Assembly (NCBI RefSeq): GCF_006345805.1
Contig: NC_043001.1
Coordinates: 49,352,001 to 49,416,000, forward strand
Length of the DNA: 64,000 bases
Direction of reading: 5' to 3'
Source of the DNA: Octopus sinensis
Taxonomy: Eukaryota
Part shown: piece after piece, positions 24,711 through 36,199 of the stretch
Numbering within the stretch: the stretch's first letter is position 1
Layout: each line of letters starts with the position of its first letter
The notes under the pieces: model-generated
Seen by the model: the letters and a program-made list of their open reading frames with translations, nothing else
The model's database searches: none
What the model was told of the DNA's origin: nothing
Made by a program: the position numbers and the translations under genes

Positions 24711-26626
24711 TCACTCACTCATTCACTCACTCACTCACTCACTCACTCACTCACTCACTCACTCACACACACACGCACGCCTACATACATGCATCTACAC
24801 ATGTACTGCATTTCTTTCAAGTCTCTCTCGCTCTCTCTCATTCTGTTAAATACCTTGCCTCAGCGATTTCTCTTTCTCACTAGTTAAATAGGCTAGATAG
24901 ATATATAGATAAATAGATATAGCTTACCTTATTTCCTTAAATAATCCCCTTCCAACTCTTTCTCTTTCCTTCCCGTTCTCTTACACATTCTCACGCTATT
25001 ACCAGCATTTATACAAATGTCCTCACACACAGCTTTGTGTCCTTCTTGTGAAAAGCTTCTTCCAAGTTCCACTCACATTATCCCACTTCAACATTTCCAG
25101 TAAACTTGGTAACATACCCATGCACCTCCATTTGCACCCATACAAATCTACACACTCAAGCATGGACACAGGCAATACACAGGCATGCACAATACATGCA
25201 CATTACTCCACAAGTCATGAGGTAATTTTCTGTCAGCCATAACAGAAATCATCAAAAAGGGGATCTAAAAGTTCACAGGGATTACTGAACTGGATTAAAA
25301 TTCCGCTGATTCTTCAAACGAGGCAAAAATCACTCGGTATTTGAAATCTTAATTTGTCTATGGACCTGATAAAAATAACCACTACAGAATACAATAGTAT
25401 GTTGGTCTGTATGTGTGACCTGGACATATGTTACAGATATCAAATACCAAACCTCTTCATTCCAGCTTACAGTACTTCCAAGAACTTTGTCTCCAAATCT
25501 TCTTCGACCCAACCATCTGAGTGGTTATCTATGATGAATGCGTATTACTGTAAATTGCTCATGTCTCTCACAATCAAGTGATTTTAAAAGTACCAACGAC
25601 AGTCCAGAGTGAACTCGACTTTCTACTAGTATACCACTGACAAAGCCAGTCTGCTGCCAGTATAAACAGTATTCTATTGTGAACACACTTTAGAAACAGT
25701 ATATTCCAGTAAACATAATCCTTTTACTGCCATACCAACAGCAGAACTGAAAATATCCCCCTACCACTTTAACGAAGTTAGTCAACAGTATAAACACCAT
25801 TTTTACCAATATACCAATAGTAATCCAATAGTAGTCCAGATTTTACCATATACCAAGAGTAGTCCACAGCGAACATAACGTAGTACTAATATACCTCAAT
25901 GAACATAACCCTGTTACTGGTACACCAACGGTAGAAGACAGTAAAAGCGAAAACATCTCTCTACCAGTATGCCAACGGAAGTCCTCGGTAAATAATCATA
26001 TAATAAAATAAATAACCAAATAACCATACAGTTATTTGAAATGGTTCATGGTCTCCCAGAGAATATACTAACCATATAAATTTTATTTTCCAACAGTCCA
26101 TATACAGCTATACATGGTTCATGGTATTCTACAAAAATTACCAACCATAAATCAGTTACTTATCCACATGATCGTATAGCCATATAATGCTTATCCACCG
26201 TCCATAAAAAGCTTATTGCCCATATAAATTTGCCTATGGTTCATTTTTCTCCTGAGAAAACACCAGCCATATAAATGATCACGGTCCATATATCGTTTAC
26301 TGACTTAATATATCCACATACGGTTCGGGATCTTTTTGAGAATACACCAACCATACAAGCCGATTACTCTAAATCCATATAATGCTTATTGGACGCATAA
26401 ATCCACCAACAGTTCATGGTCTTCTGGAGAATACATCAACCATATTATAAGTATCCATCCACAGCCCATGTACAACTTACTGACTGTTATATTCCAACAA
26501 AAGCCTGTCAAGTACTTCAACTGATTTTCCCAGTCGTACAGATTCCATTGATGGTCAAACTGTGGTACCCCACCTTACAAGCTTAACGTTACAGTTTTCT
26601 TTCCGTGCCAAAGAAACCGCTCAACC

Positions 26627-26650
26627 ATGACCGATTCAAAATTCAACAAG
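26627..26650 (+). CDS. syt17: Candidate start exon of syt17 (MTDSKFNK)
   Basis: ACC-ATG context, in-frame stop upstream at 26549, perfect phase-0 donor AAG|gtaagt. It is compatible with the phase-0 acceptors at 43104/43110. Vertebrate SYT17 is recalled to start with a very short coding exon too. There is no sequence homology support. Confidence 0.5.
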
Positions 26651-27602
26651 GTAAGTTACTTGTTTAGTTTACTTTATATTTTCACTTTCTCATACCTTAT
26701 CAGAACGAACTTGGGAGAGAGGATGTAACACTTGCTAGAACCAGTGGCCAAGTCTCCCTCTCTGCCATGGTTTTCCAAATTAATTTTGTCAAGGAACCTT
26801 TACACAATTTTCTAATGATCACAGAACCAAAATTTATATATTTTACGAGTAGTCCTTCCCATCTTAATTTTAATAAGGCATTAAATTAATCAAAAATTGT
26901 TTTAGAGAAATAATCTGTTCAAAAAAAACAACAACATATAACTATTATGAATATAGTAGATACCATTTTTATAGAATACATTTTTATAAAATTTTATTAA
27001 AAAAAAAAAATTGCAGAATACCGCGAAAAATTTCTATCAATCAATTTTGGAAACCGATGTTACCGTTTTTAACCGCAGAAGTAGCCACCTCCACCCGGTT
27101 ATCGATGCATGTTGGGTGCAGATTGCAAGCGGGGGAGCAAATCCTTACCATGGAGTTAAAAACGGTGATAACGTCAGTTGCTACGGAACAGCCATATTGA
27201 TGTGGCGAGAAACATTACTTCTCAGTATAGCTATTATTTTCATCTCTTATAAAGATTTTTTGGAAAATATTTCACTCTTAATAGGTCTGCTGGATAAGCA
27301 CTGATCTGTGTTTAAACAACAAAAACGGCTTGTCAGAACTGCATTCTACTTCAGTCAATAAACTGCGGTGATAACTGTATTTGCATGAGTATTCTTTATT
27401 CACATTGACCCTCATAACGATCAGTTGAGAACAATTAACATCTCTCACTCACAACGTCTTCATATTCTTCCAGAAGAAACTCAGATTCAAACCCTGTGAA
27501 ATTCAAATGCTATCAAAGAAAGTTTTGCTGCTGATAGAATCATCATCGTTTATTTCCTAGGCGTTTGGACACAAATCTAGAGTCGCAGTCTTCGATGACA
27601 CT

Positions 27603-27654
<52 letters not shown>

Positions 27655-27658
<4 letters not shown>

Positions 27659-28220
27659 CCCTGATGCAGTACCAGATACTGGCTCCCTTGGCTTCTGATC
27701 TTAACTGATTGGAAGTGTTATCATGTACATTGTTTTGTCTTGGTATAAAAGATGGGCTACAACAAATATTCTGCTCAATACCACAGATTTGCTTGTTATT
27801 TGTTTGATCTTAACAAGCTGAGCATATCCTTTAGTGGTCGGCGATATGTGCATCTCTGATCACAAGCAGGAGTAGTGGGAGAGCATCATAGCCATGTGTT
27901 GAGAGAAATTCTTTGGGGTTTGAATAATTCACCTCTGGAAACATGGGTGTTTCGTTCAACATCCTTAAACAAAACCTATTCAGAGACCTTTTGAGCGGGA
28001 TGAACTATTCGACCCGAAGAAAATTCTAGCTGGGCCCCACCTGCGAGGTCATGCGCTGTTTATCTTAATATGAAATCACCATATCGAGCACATGTGGTTG
28101 TAATGCATGTACATGGTGTACACTCATCAGATGGGTAGTCATGATGGGTATGCTGGGCTTCATATATTTGTACCTCAGTGTCACTTTGATGGCATGCACT
28201 GGTCTCTAACTCAATGCTAA
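27655..28220. mobile_element. ~560 bp non-coding interspersed element flanked by (TAA)n
   Basis: A sharply bounded, more GC-rich block between two TAA tracts; no ORF; only one copy in this window. Confidence 0.45.
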
Positions 28221-28462
28221 TAATAATAATTTTCTTTCCATTTTCCCCCTTTATTTTCTTTGTTTTCTGCTTTTCATTTTTAGCCTATTAAAAACATGTT
28301 ATTCTTTCGTTTTTCCTTCTCTCTTTCTTCCCCTTCTTTTCTACAACATGACTTTGTAAACGAACAATCTGGTGTGTTTATTTTAATGGTCTACCAATGT
28401 ATCCAGTGAGTTACTTTGTCTTAGACACTCGGCAAGAAATGGAAACAAAATTGAAAGAAGAG

Positions 28463-28543
<81 letters not shown>

Positions 28544-28548
28544 AAGAA

Positions 28549-28902
28549 GAGCACCCAGAGAGCGCAAGCTTCCACCAAGGCAACACCAACGTCCTCTCAA
28601 CGATTAGCCAGAGATCATTTTTGAAATGAGAATATCTGAAACAAAATCGACTGCTCTCACAAACGAGAATACTAAAAATAAACCCGACCGCTCTCAAAAG
28701 TTAAGTAAACAAAACAGGAAAAATTATGCAGAATCCTTGTACTAGATCGATCCCAAAATCTAATCAGTTCGTGCCAGTCAAGAGGCCAAACTTCCATGAA
28801 AGTTTCATCCGAATCCATCCAGTGGTTCTTGAAATATCTTGTCCACGGACAAACAAAAAAATACACGACTGAAAACAATTCCTCTGCCTTCGTTAAGGTG
28901 GA

Positions 28903-28908
<6 letters not shown>
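28549..28908 (-). mobile_element. Non-autonomous Helitron/Helentron-like repeat, copy 2
   Basis: Reverse complement of 20703-21052, sitting between AAT/GAA microsatellites. Confidence 0.55.
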
Positions 28909-28936
<28 letters not shown>

Positions 28937-28959
28937 TAATAATAATAATAATAATAATG

Positions 28960-29039
<80 letters not shown>

Positions 29040-29041
<2 letters not shown>

Positions 29042-29560
29042 GGGAAAAATGTCACTATCTTCTGAGATTTTCCAGTCAACACTGACAGAACGATCCAGGC
29101 TAATCGACCAGATATAGTCATTAAAGAATTGGGAATAAAATACTTGTAAGCTAATAGATGTTCCTACTGATAAAATATATCTGTAAATAATTTGACAAAT
29201 ATAAGGACCTGGATATTGAAATACAAAAGATGTGGCATCTTAAAGCGAGAACTGTTGTTGTTATCGTGGGTACCCTAAGTATGATAAGAATGGGATGTGA
29301 AAAGCATCTAGATAATATCCCAGGAGAACCATGTCTCAGAGAAACCCAAAAGATTGTGCTAACAAGTACTGCCCACATCTTTAGAAAAACCCTATCAACT
29401 TAGGGTATTATATGAAGATATTTCGCTACATCCCCTGCCACATCCCCTTCCCAAGCTTTCAGTCATACTGTGACATCTCTTATCCCTCACTGGCCCTAGT
29501 ACACTGGGTGTGTCTCGGCAAGTGATTGTAACAAACATGCAGGTTAAGAGTAAATGATAA
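29040..29560 (+). mobile_element. R4/Dong-clade non-LTR retrotransposon 3' end (RLE endonuclease, 3' UTR, TAA tail)
   Basis: Degenerate NVTIF.DFPVNTDRTIQANRPDIVIK...KYKDLDIEIQKMWHL...VGTL...QKIVLTSTAHIFRKTL; flanked by (TAA)n on both sides. Confidence 0.8.
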
Positions 29561-29592
29561 TAATAATGATGATAATAATAATAATAATAATA

Positions 29593-29637
<45 letters not shown>

Positions 29638-29666
29638 TAACAATAATAATAATAATAATAATAATT

Positions 29667-29697
<31 letters not shown>

Positions 29698-29712
29698 TTT
29701 TTATTATTATTA

Positions 29713-29775
<63 letters not shown>

Positions 29776-29782
29776 TATTATA
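29556..29782. repeat. (AAT)n switching to (ATT)n
   Basis: Polarity switches near 29665. Confidence 0.95.
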
Positions 29783-29789
29783 AAACATC

Positions 29790-32670
29790 AATAATAAATA
29801 GCATGAACCTGGCCGTCACAGAACTAATAGCTAGAGAAACAAATGGCAATACGACCTGGTTAAATGATATAATATATGCAGCAGTCTATGTGGCCACAAA
29901 AGAATCTGGATACCCCATCAAACTTATCCAAATAAGAGTATCACTACCCAATCAAACCCTGTGGATAAATAGTATCGAGAAAAAAAAAAGGATCTGTCAA
30001 TCCTTAATGAAACTAGTTGACAATCAACATTACTAAGCAACAAGGCGATAAGGAAAATCCTACGTAAATACAAAATTACAAAGCAATTTATATCTGAGGT
30101 AAAAGAACAGCTAAAGCAAGATATCCTTGCCAAAGCACAAAGAATCTGCCGGTATGAAAAAATGCCAAAATTTCTTCGAACAAAACAAATAGTTCAACTC
30201 CAACCCCAAAAGATTCTACCCAGAACTTGATAAAAAGTAAAATAGAGATCAATGCAGAACCAACAGCAGAATAAGTGGACGAATTTTGGAAAGAAATATG
30301 GTCGACGAATGAACAACTTCAGAAAAGATCTATCAAAACAACAAACACAGTACCTGAACAACTCTGGACTCCTATAACAACTGAAGAGATCACCCAGGCA
30401 CTGCAAAAACTAAACAAGTGGAAGGCACCCGGGAACAACAAGATCCTCAACTTCTGCTTAAAATATCTAACAGGAATACATCAAACGTTGGCTGAGAAAT
30501 TTAATGAAATACTAGCAGAGCCAGAGACAATGCCTGAATGGCTCACGGAAGGGAAAACTATCCTAAATCCCAAATCCACTGAAACGGCAAACTCACAAAA
30601 TTACAGACCGAAAACTTGTCTCCCTACAATTTAGAAATAATATCGCAGGAATGAGTAAGCATCTGGAAGAAAACAGCCTATTTCCGGAAGAGTAAAAGGA
30701 ATGCTGCAAGGGCTCATACGGCTGCAAAAATCAGCTAGTGATCAATAAAGCCATAACTGAAGACAGTCGCAGAAAGTAGAAGGGTCTAAGTATGGCTTGG
30801 ATTGATTACCGAAAGACTTTTGATAGTATTCCCCACACCTGAATCCTAGAAATACTAGCCATGAACAAAGTAGCACCAATAACATAAAATACATAAAACA
30901 TTCCATGAATAAATGGCAGACAGTGCAACAGCTCCAAACAAAAGAGGGACTCATAAAAACCAAAGCTATCCCCATTAGAAGAGGAATATTCCCGGGGGAC
31001 ACGCTCTCTCCACTCTTTTTCTGCTTAGCACTTACACCTTTATCTGACACGCTAAACAGAACTGGGTATGGATATAACTGTTACGGTAAAACAATCAACC
31101 ATCTCTTGTATATGGATGATCTAAAACTGTATGCTACAAATGATAAACAGCTGGAAACATTACTACTGGCAGTACATGACTTTACCAAAGAAATAAACAT
31201 GGAATTTAGCTTAGAAAAATGTGCCGAAGCAACCTTGAAAAGAGGAAAAACTAGATAAGAGTAACAACACACTAGATAAAGTAAATGAATAAGACCAAAA
31301 CCAGACATACAAATACCTAGGAATCAATGAACTAGATGCGATACAACACACATAAATGAAGACGAGTTAGATTAATACTGAAAGCAGAGTTGATTGCCAA
31401 AAAGTAAGATAATTGGTATGAACACTCTAGCCGTCCCAATTATAAGTTACAGCTACAATATTCTTAACTGGACTCTAAATGAACTAATCAGAATAGACAG
31501 GAAATCAAGAAAAATAATGACAGGAATTAGGATGCACCACCCAAAGTCTGACATAGAAAGACAATATATACAATGGCGCAGGAGTGGCTGTGTGGTAAGT
31601 AGCTTGCTTACCAACCACATGGTTCCGGGTTCAGTCCCACTGCGTGGCATCTTGGGCAAGTGTCTTCTACTATAGCCTCGGGTCGACCAAAGCTTTGTGA
31701 GTGGATTTGGTAGACGGAAACCGAAAGAAGCCCATCGTATACATGTATATATATATGTGTGTGTGTGTGTATGTTTGTGTGTCTGTGTTTGTCCCCCTAG
31801 CATTGATTGACAACCGATGCTGGTGTGTTTACGTCACCGTCACTTAGCGGTTCGGCAAAAGAGACCGATAGAATAAGTACTGGGCTTACAAAGCATAAGT
31901 CCTGGGGTCGATTTGCTCGACTAAAGGCGGTGCTCCAGCATGGCCGCAGTCAAATGACTGAAACAAGTAAAACAAAACAATAAAACAATGTACCGAAGGT
32001 GGAACAGGCCTTATACTGCTAGAAAACAATTATAAAATAACCACCATAGGATTACAGAAATACCTACTTTGGAAGCAGGGAAAACTAATACAAATAGCCA
32101 CAAAGCACGAACAAAGCAATAAAACTGTTTTCTGTCTTAAGGAAGATGACAAGTACAAAAAAGAAGTAAAACAACTGAAATCCAAACTAAAACTGAATCA
32201 GCAACGCATCGTGATGAAACGATGGCAAGAAAAGCCCTTGTTTGGCAAATATTGGGTTAAGCTAAACAGAAAATAAAATAAAATCCCAACAATGGCTGAG
32301 AATCTCAGGACTCAAAGCAGAGACTGAAGGATTTTTAATTGCAGCGCAAGATCAAAGCCTTCCCACCAGAAATCACCTAAAACGCGTAATGAAAGGAATA
32401 CAAGTAACTGCATAATATGTGATGATGGAGAAGAAACAATAAATCACATCATCTCTGGCTGCCTAGCCCAGGCTAAGAAGGAATATATTCACAGATACGA
32501 CAGAGTTGGAACCTATATATACTGGAAGCTACTCCAACACTACGGAATAACAACAGAAAAAAGATGGTATAGGCACACACCAAAAGAGGTTACAGAAAAT
32601 GAGAAAACAACCATACTCTGGGATATGCCAATACACACACACAGAGAAATTAAGGCCAATAGGCCGGATA
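29790..32670 (+). mobile_element. R4/Dong-clade non-LTR retrotransposon, degenerate RT ORF, SINE-interrupted
   Basis: WKAPGNNKILNFCLK, PEWLTEGKT, NYRPKTCLPT, MAWIDYRKTFDSIPH, RRGIFPGDTLSPLFFCLAL, HLLYMDDLKLY, EGFLIAAQDQSL, CIIC...ETINHIISGC, TILWDMPIHT...IKANRPD; many stops and frameshifts. Confidence 0.9.
31576..31984 (+). mobile_element. Full-length tRNA-derived SINE family A (CORE-like body) inserted in the R4 element
   Basis: tRNA-like head with B-box-like ggttcagtcc, CORE-like ggcatcttgggcaagtgtctt, internal (TA)/(TG)n, 3' cagtc-aaat-gactg hairpin, TSD acaatg (31570-31575 and 31985-31990). tRNA-derived SINEs are known from Octopus (OK/OR1/OR2), but the exact family was not assigned. Confidence 0.9.
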
Positions 32671-34842
32671 AAAACACAATGGAGAATAATTTTGGGATAT
32701 CCTTATGGTCTACGAAGGTCATTATGATCGTGAGTGCCATGCAAACCCCATCTGATCACATACTGATGTGGGTCACTTCCGTTTTCACCACTTGCCTGTA
32801 ATGTGCTACAAACGTGATAAGCCAAATGTCAACACCAGTACCAATATCTCTATCGGTGACTCTTGTGTTCTGTGATCTATATACTGTGGCACCAACTTTT
32901 GGGTAGGAAGCAGGAATATGGTGCATTAACACTACCTCCTGTCTCTTTATCGCTTCCTCAGACAGTGTTTCCATGTTACCTACCCTGACTAAGAGCGCAC
33001 ATTTCTTCCATTGTCGTGAAGATGCATGAGAGATGTTTCAAGAACATAGGGAAGCTCTCCCCAAAATTTGTAATACGGAGATCCGCAATTTTCCTCCTTA
33101 CTTTTTCTTGGAGAAATTTCTCAGCCGATGTGATTATCAACACAGTTCCCCAACAGTTTTTTTTTTGCATTTTGTTTTAGCGGGAGCTGACTCATATCGA
33201 AGAACTCCCTTTAACCCATAACGTTAACAAAAGATGAAATGTTGTTTCCTTTTTACTATTGGATCTGTTTATATTTATTATTTGCTTTTTGTTTTCCACA
33301 TTATTTATCTTTTTATTGTTTTCCATTCTGCGACTTCGTATTTATGCTCGAAGCTTTCTGCTTATTTAATTTTCCCATTATCTGCTTTTTTTTTCATGTG
33401 TTTTCGAGATTGAAAATAATTGGGTTGTGTATTTCATTACGTTAATAACGTTACTGCTACTACCACTGTGGCGAGTAGTTATTTCTGCTATTTCTGAGGC
33501 GGCCATCTTGCAACACGAGTAAATTTTGCAAGTACAAGTCAGTCGTAAAAACATATACAGTTAAATACAGCAATGTCAAGATGAACCCTTTTCCACCACA
33601 GGGAATTGGAGTGGATTCTTAATAAATCCGATAGGCTTTCGCAATATTCCAGAATGAGAAACAGATAAAAACAACTTTTTTCACCAATTAAATATAATAA
33701 AATCCTTTTTTTGTCTTCTCAAAAACTACAACAATAATTATAATGAATTCTGAGTTAGCACAAGGTCACAATTTTGAGGGGTGATAGTTTGTCCATTCCA
33801 ACGCCACCCAGTATTTGGCAGGTATTTTATTCCATTTTATTGCCTTCTATGTGATGAAAGGCAAAAATTGACCTCGGCGGGATTTGAAATCAGAAGATAT
33901 AAAACCAGAAGAAATATAAAGCATTTTTCTGAATATTCATCCACCTCTTTTATTTATTAGCCACAAGAAGTTGACGAGACACAGAAAAATTCAAAGAAAC
34001 TTTAAACAAATGGCCTTAAAAAGGTGTTTAGGGTGGGACGGACAATTTATACAAAGATGGCAGAAAGGATAAAAGCCGTTATAGTAAGAGGAAATTTACT
34101 ACGGGACGGGAGGATAGCTGGAGAAATCATCAGAGAAAGAACTCCTGTCAAGCAAGTTTTTCGGTCCGTTAGTTTCTGACAACGTAAAGGAGTCAGACCC
34201 GCCTAGGTCATGACCCTTTGGTGTCTCTTGCTGTTTTTGAAATGCCATCTTTTTATGGAGTTTGAACTTGAAATCTTCGTGTGATTTTTTTCCCTGAACT
34301 GTTATGTGTGTGTGTGTTAGATAATCCTATTGTTCGACGAATTGAAAATTTATAAAGCAATATTTACACGGAATAAATAACAAATGTACGACAAAGCAGA
34401 TGATAATTTGACCAAGATATCTATACAAAAATTGTTTCTGATTTCGCTTCCAAATCTACTTCTTTCCTGACATTCCAAAATTTTCAGAGACGAACTTCTG
34501 AGTTATCATGGTTAAGTGAAGGCCAGCGTTCTCTGGATGACTGAAATTTAATACTTTGTTAATTCTATCCGAAGGCTGAACTAGTTGTTTGTCCTTCTTA
34601 TGCTCTTTAAAATGTAATCCCATTTCTTTCTCGATTTATAATTCGTCTGTAAACTTCTTGTGAATGTTGTATCTACCCATATTGCGCCAGCCAGGGATCG
34701 ACATCGTTATCAAGGTTTCTAACAGTAACTTTTATGCTTCTTTATTTGGGTTTGTACCTTGCCTTGTCCCCTATTTTTAAAAACAGAAGATAGAGCAATA
34801 TGCTCCTCCACTTATAGCATCTGCCAAGACTGTCACTAGCTC

Positions 34843-35074
34843 GAGGCGGCTAGCTGGCAGAAACGTTAGCACGCCGGGCGAAATTCTTAGCGGTATTTCG
34901 TCTGCCGTTACGTTCCGAGTTCAAATTCCGCCGAGGTCGACTTTGCCCTTCAACCTTTCGGGGTCAATGAATTAAGTACCAGTTACGCGCTGGGGTCGAT
35001 GTAATCGACTTAATCCCTTTGTCTGTCCTTGTTTGTTCCTTCTATTTTTAGCACCTTGTGGACAATAAAGAAAT
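34843..35074 (+). mobile_element. SINE family B, tail type 1, with 13 bp TSD
   Basis: TSD aagactgtcacta at 34826-34838 and 35075-35087. Confidence 0.9.
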
Positions 35075-36199
35075 AAGACTGTCACTAACTCTGGCTTAGA
35101 TGGAACAAGGAAACTTCCTGTGTCTTTGGAAAAGTACAGATAGGATTCTTTTTATCGCGGGTCACGGGCCTCAATGACTGATTGCAGTATACTGGCATTT
35201 GGCCAGCGAGCAACATAATGCAAGGCTTTCCATCTTTCGGCAAAATGTCTTATAAGTGCTTTGTTAGTTTTACAAACGGTTGTGCATTTAATTTCGCTCA
35301 ACAATGAGGCGGATTCTTTCTCACATGATATTCGGTCTGCTTCGTAAGATCTTATTTAATTGGTCGTCTACCTTGGACACTCAGTTTTATGATATACCTG
35401 CCAGTATTCTCTACAGGACAAAACTCTTGAACTGTTTTGTATTCTTGCAGAGTTATGAGAACTTCTATGTCTAAGCTGATCTCAATCGACCATATATCGC
35501 AAAATCTTCTATCTGCGCTGACGATCTACTCGTATCGCGCCAGTCAGGGGTCGACATAGTTATCAATGTCTCTGATAGTAACTTTTTGCTTTTCCTTCCC
35601 CAATACTGCGGAACCAGCGTTTGGGGAGGTACATAACGTACTATTTGGGTTTGTACTTTGCCCTGCTCCTTATTTTAGAAATTGAAGATAGTGCAATATG
35701 CTCTTGCACTCTGGCTTGGATGGAACAAGGAAACTTCCTGTATATTTGGAAAAGCACGGCTAAGATACTTTCTTTCTATCGATACTTTCTTTCTATCGCG
35801 GTCACGTGCCTCATTGATTGATTGTTACATACTGTCACTTGACCGGAGTGAAAAATACTGCAAGGCTCTCCAACTTTCGGCAAAGTGTTCCGTATCAAGG
35901 TTTTTGTTTCTTTCATTTTTTTTTCTTGAAAGAACGTTTGCGCTCTTCTCTTCATTTTTACATTTGCTCTAATGTATGCATAAAACATGAAAAAGATGAT
36001 GTACCAATAATAGTCAGCTCAAAACTGGAGAAAGGCGGTTAGGCAGTAGTATATAAGAGAGGACTTACGCATTCGCCACACTTGCAAGAATTTCTTTCTA
36101 TCAATTTCTGAATGAAACTGGTTACTCTGCTGGTTATCACATCCCAGTTCGTACCCACCTGAAGATCCGAATCAAATCACACTCGAAGCAGATTACCAA

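Noticed and set aside
32696-33200. Coding-like block after the R4 element
   Set aside because: All frames are interrupted and no motif was recognised; probably TE debris, left unassigned.
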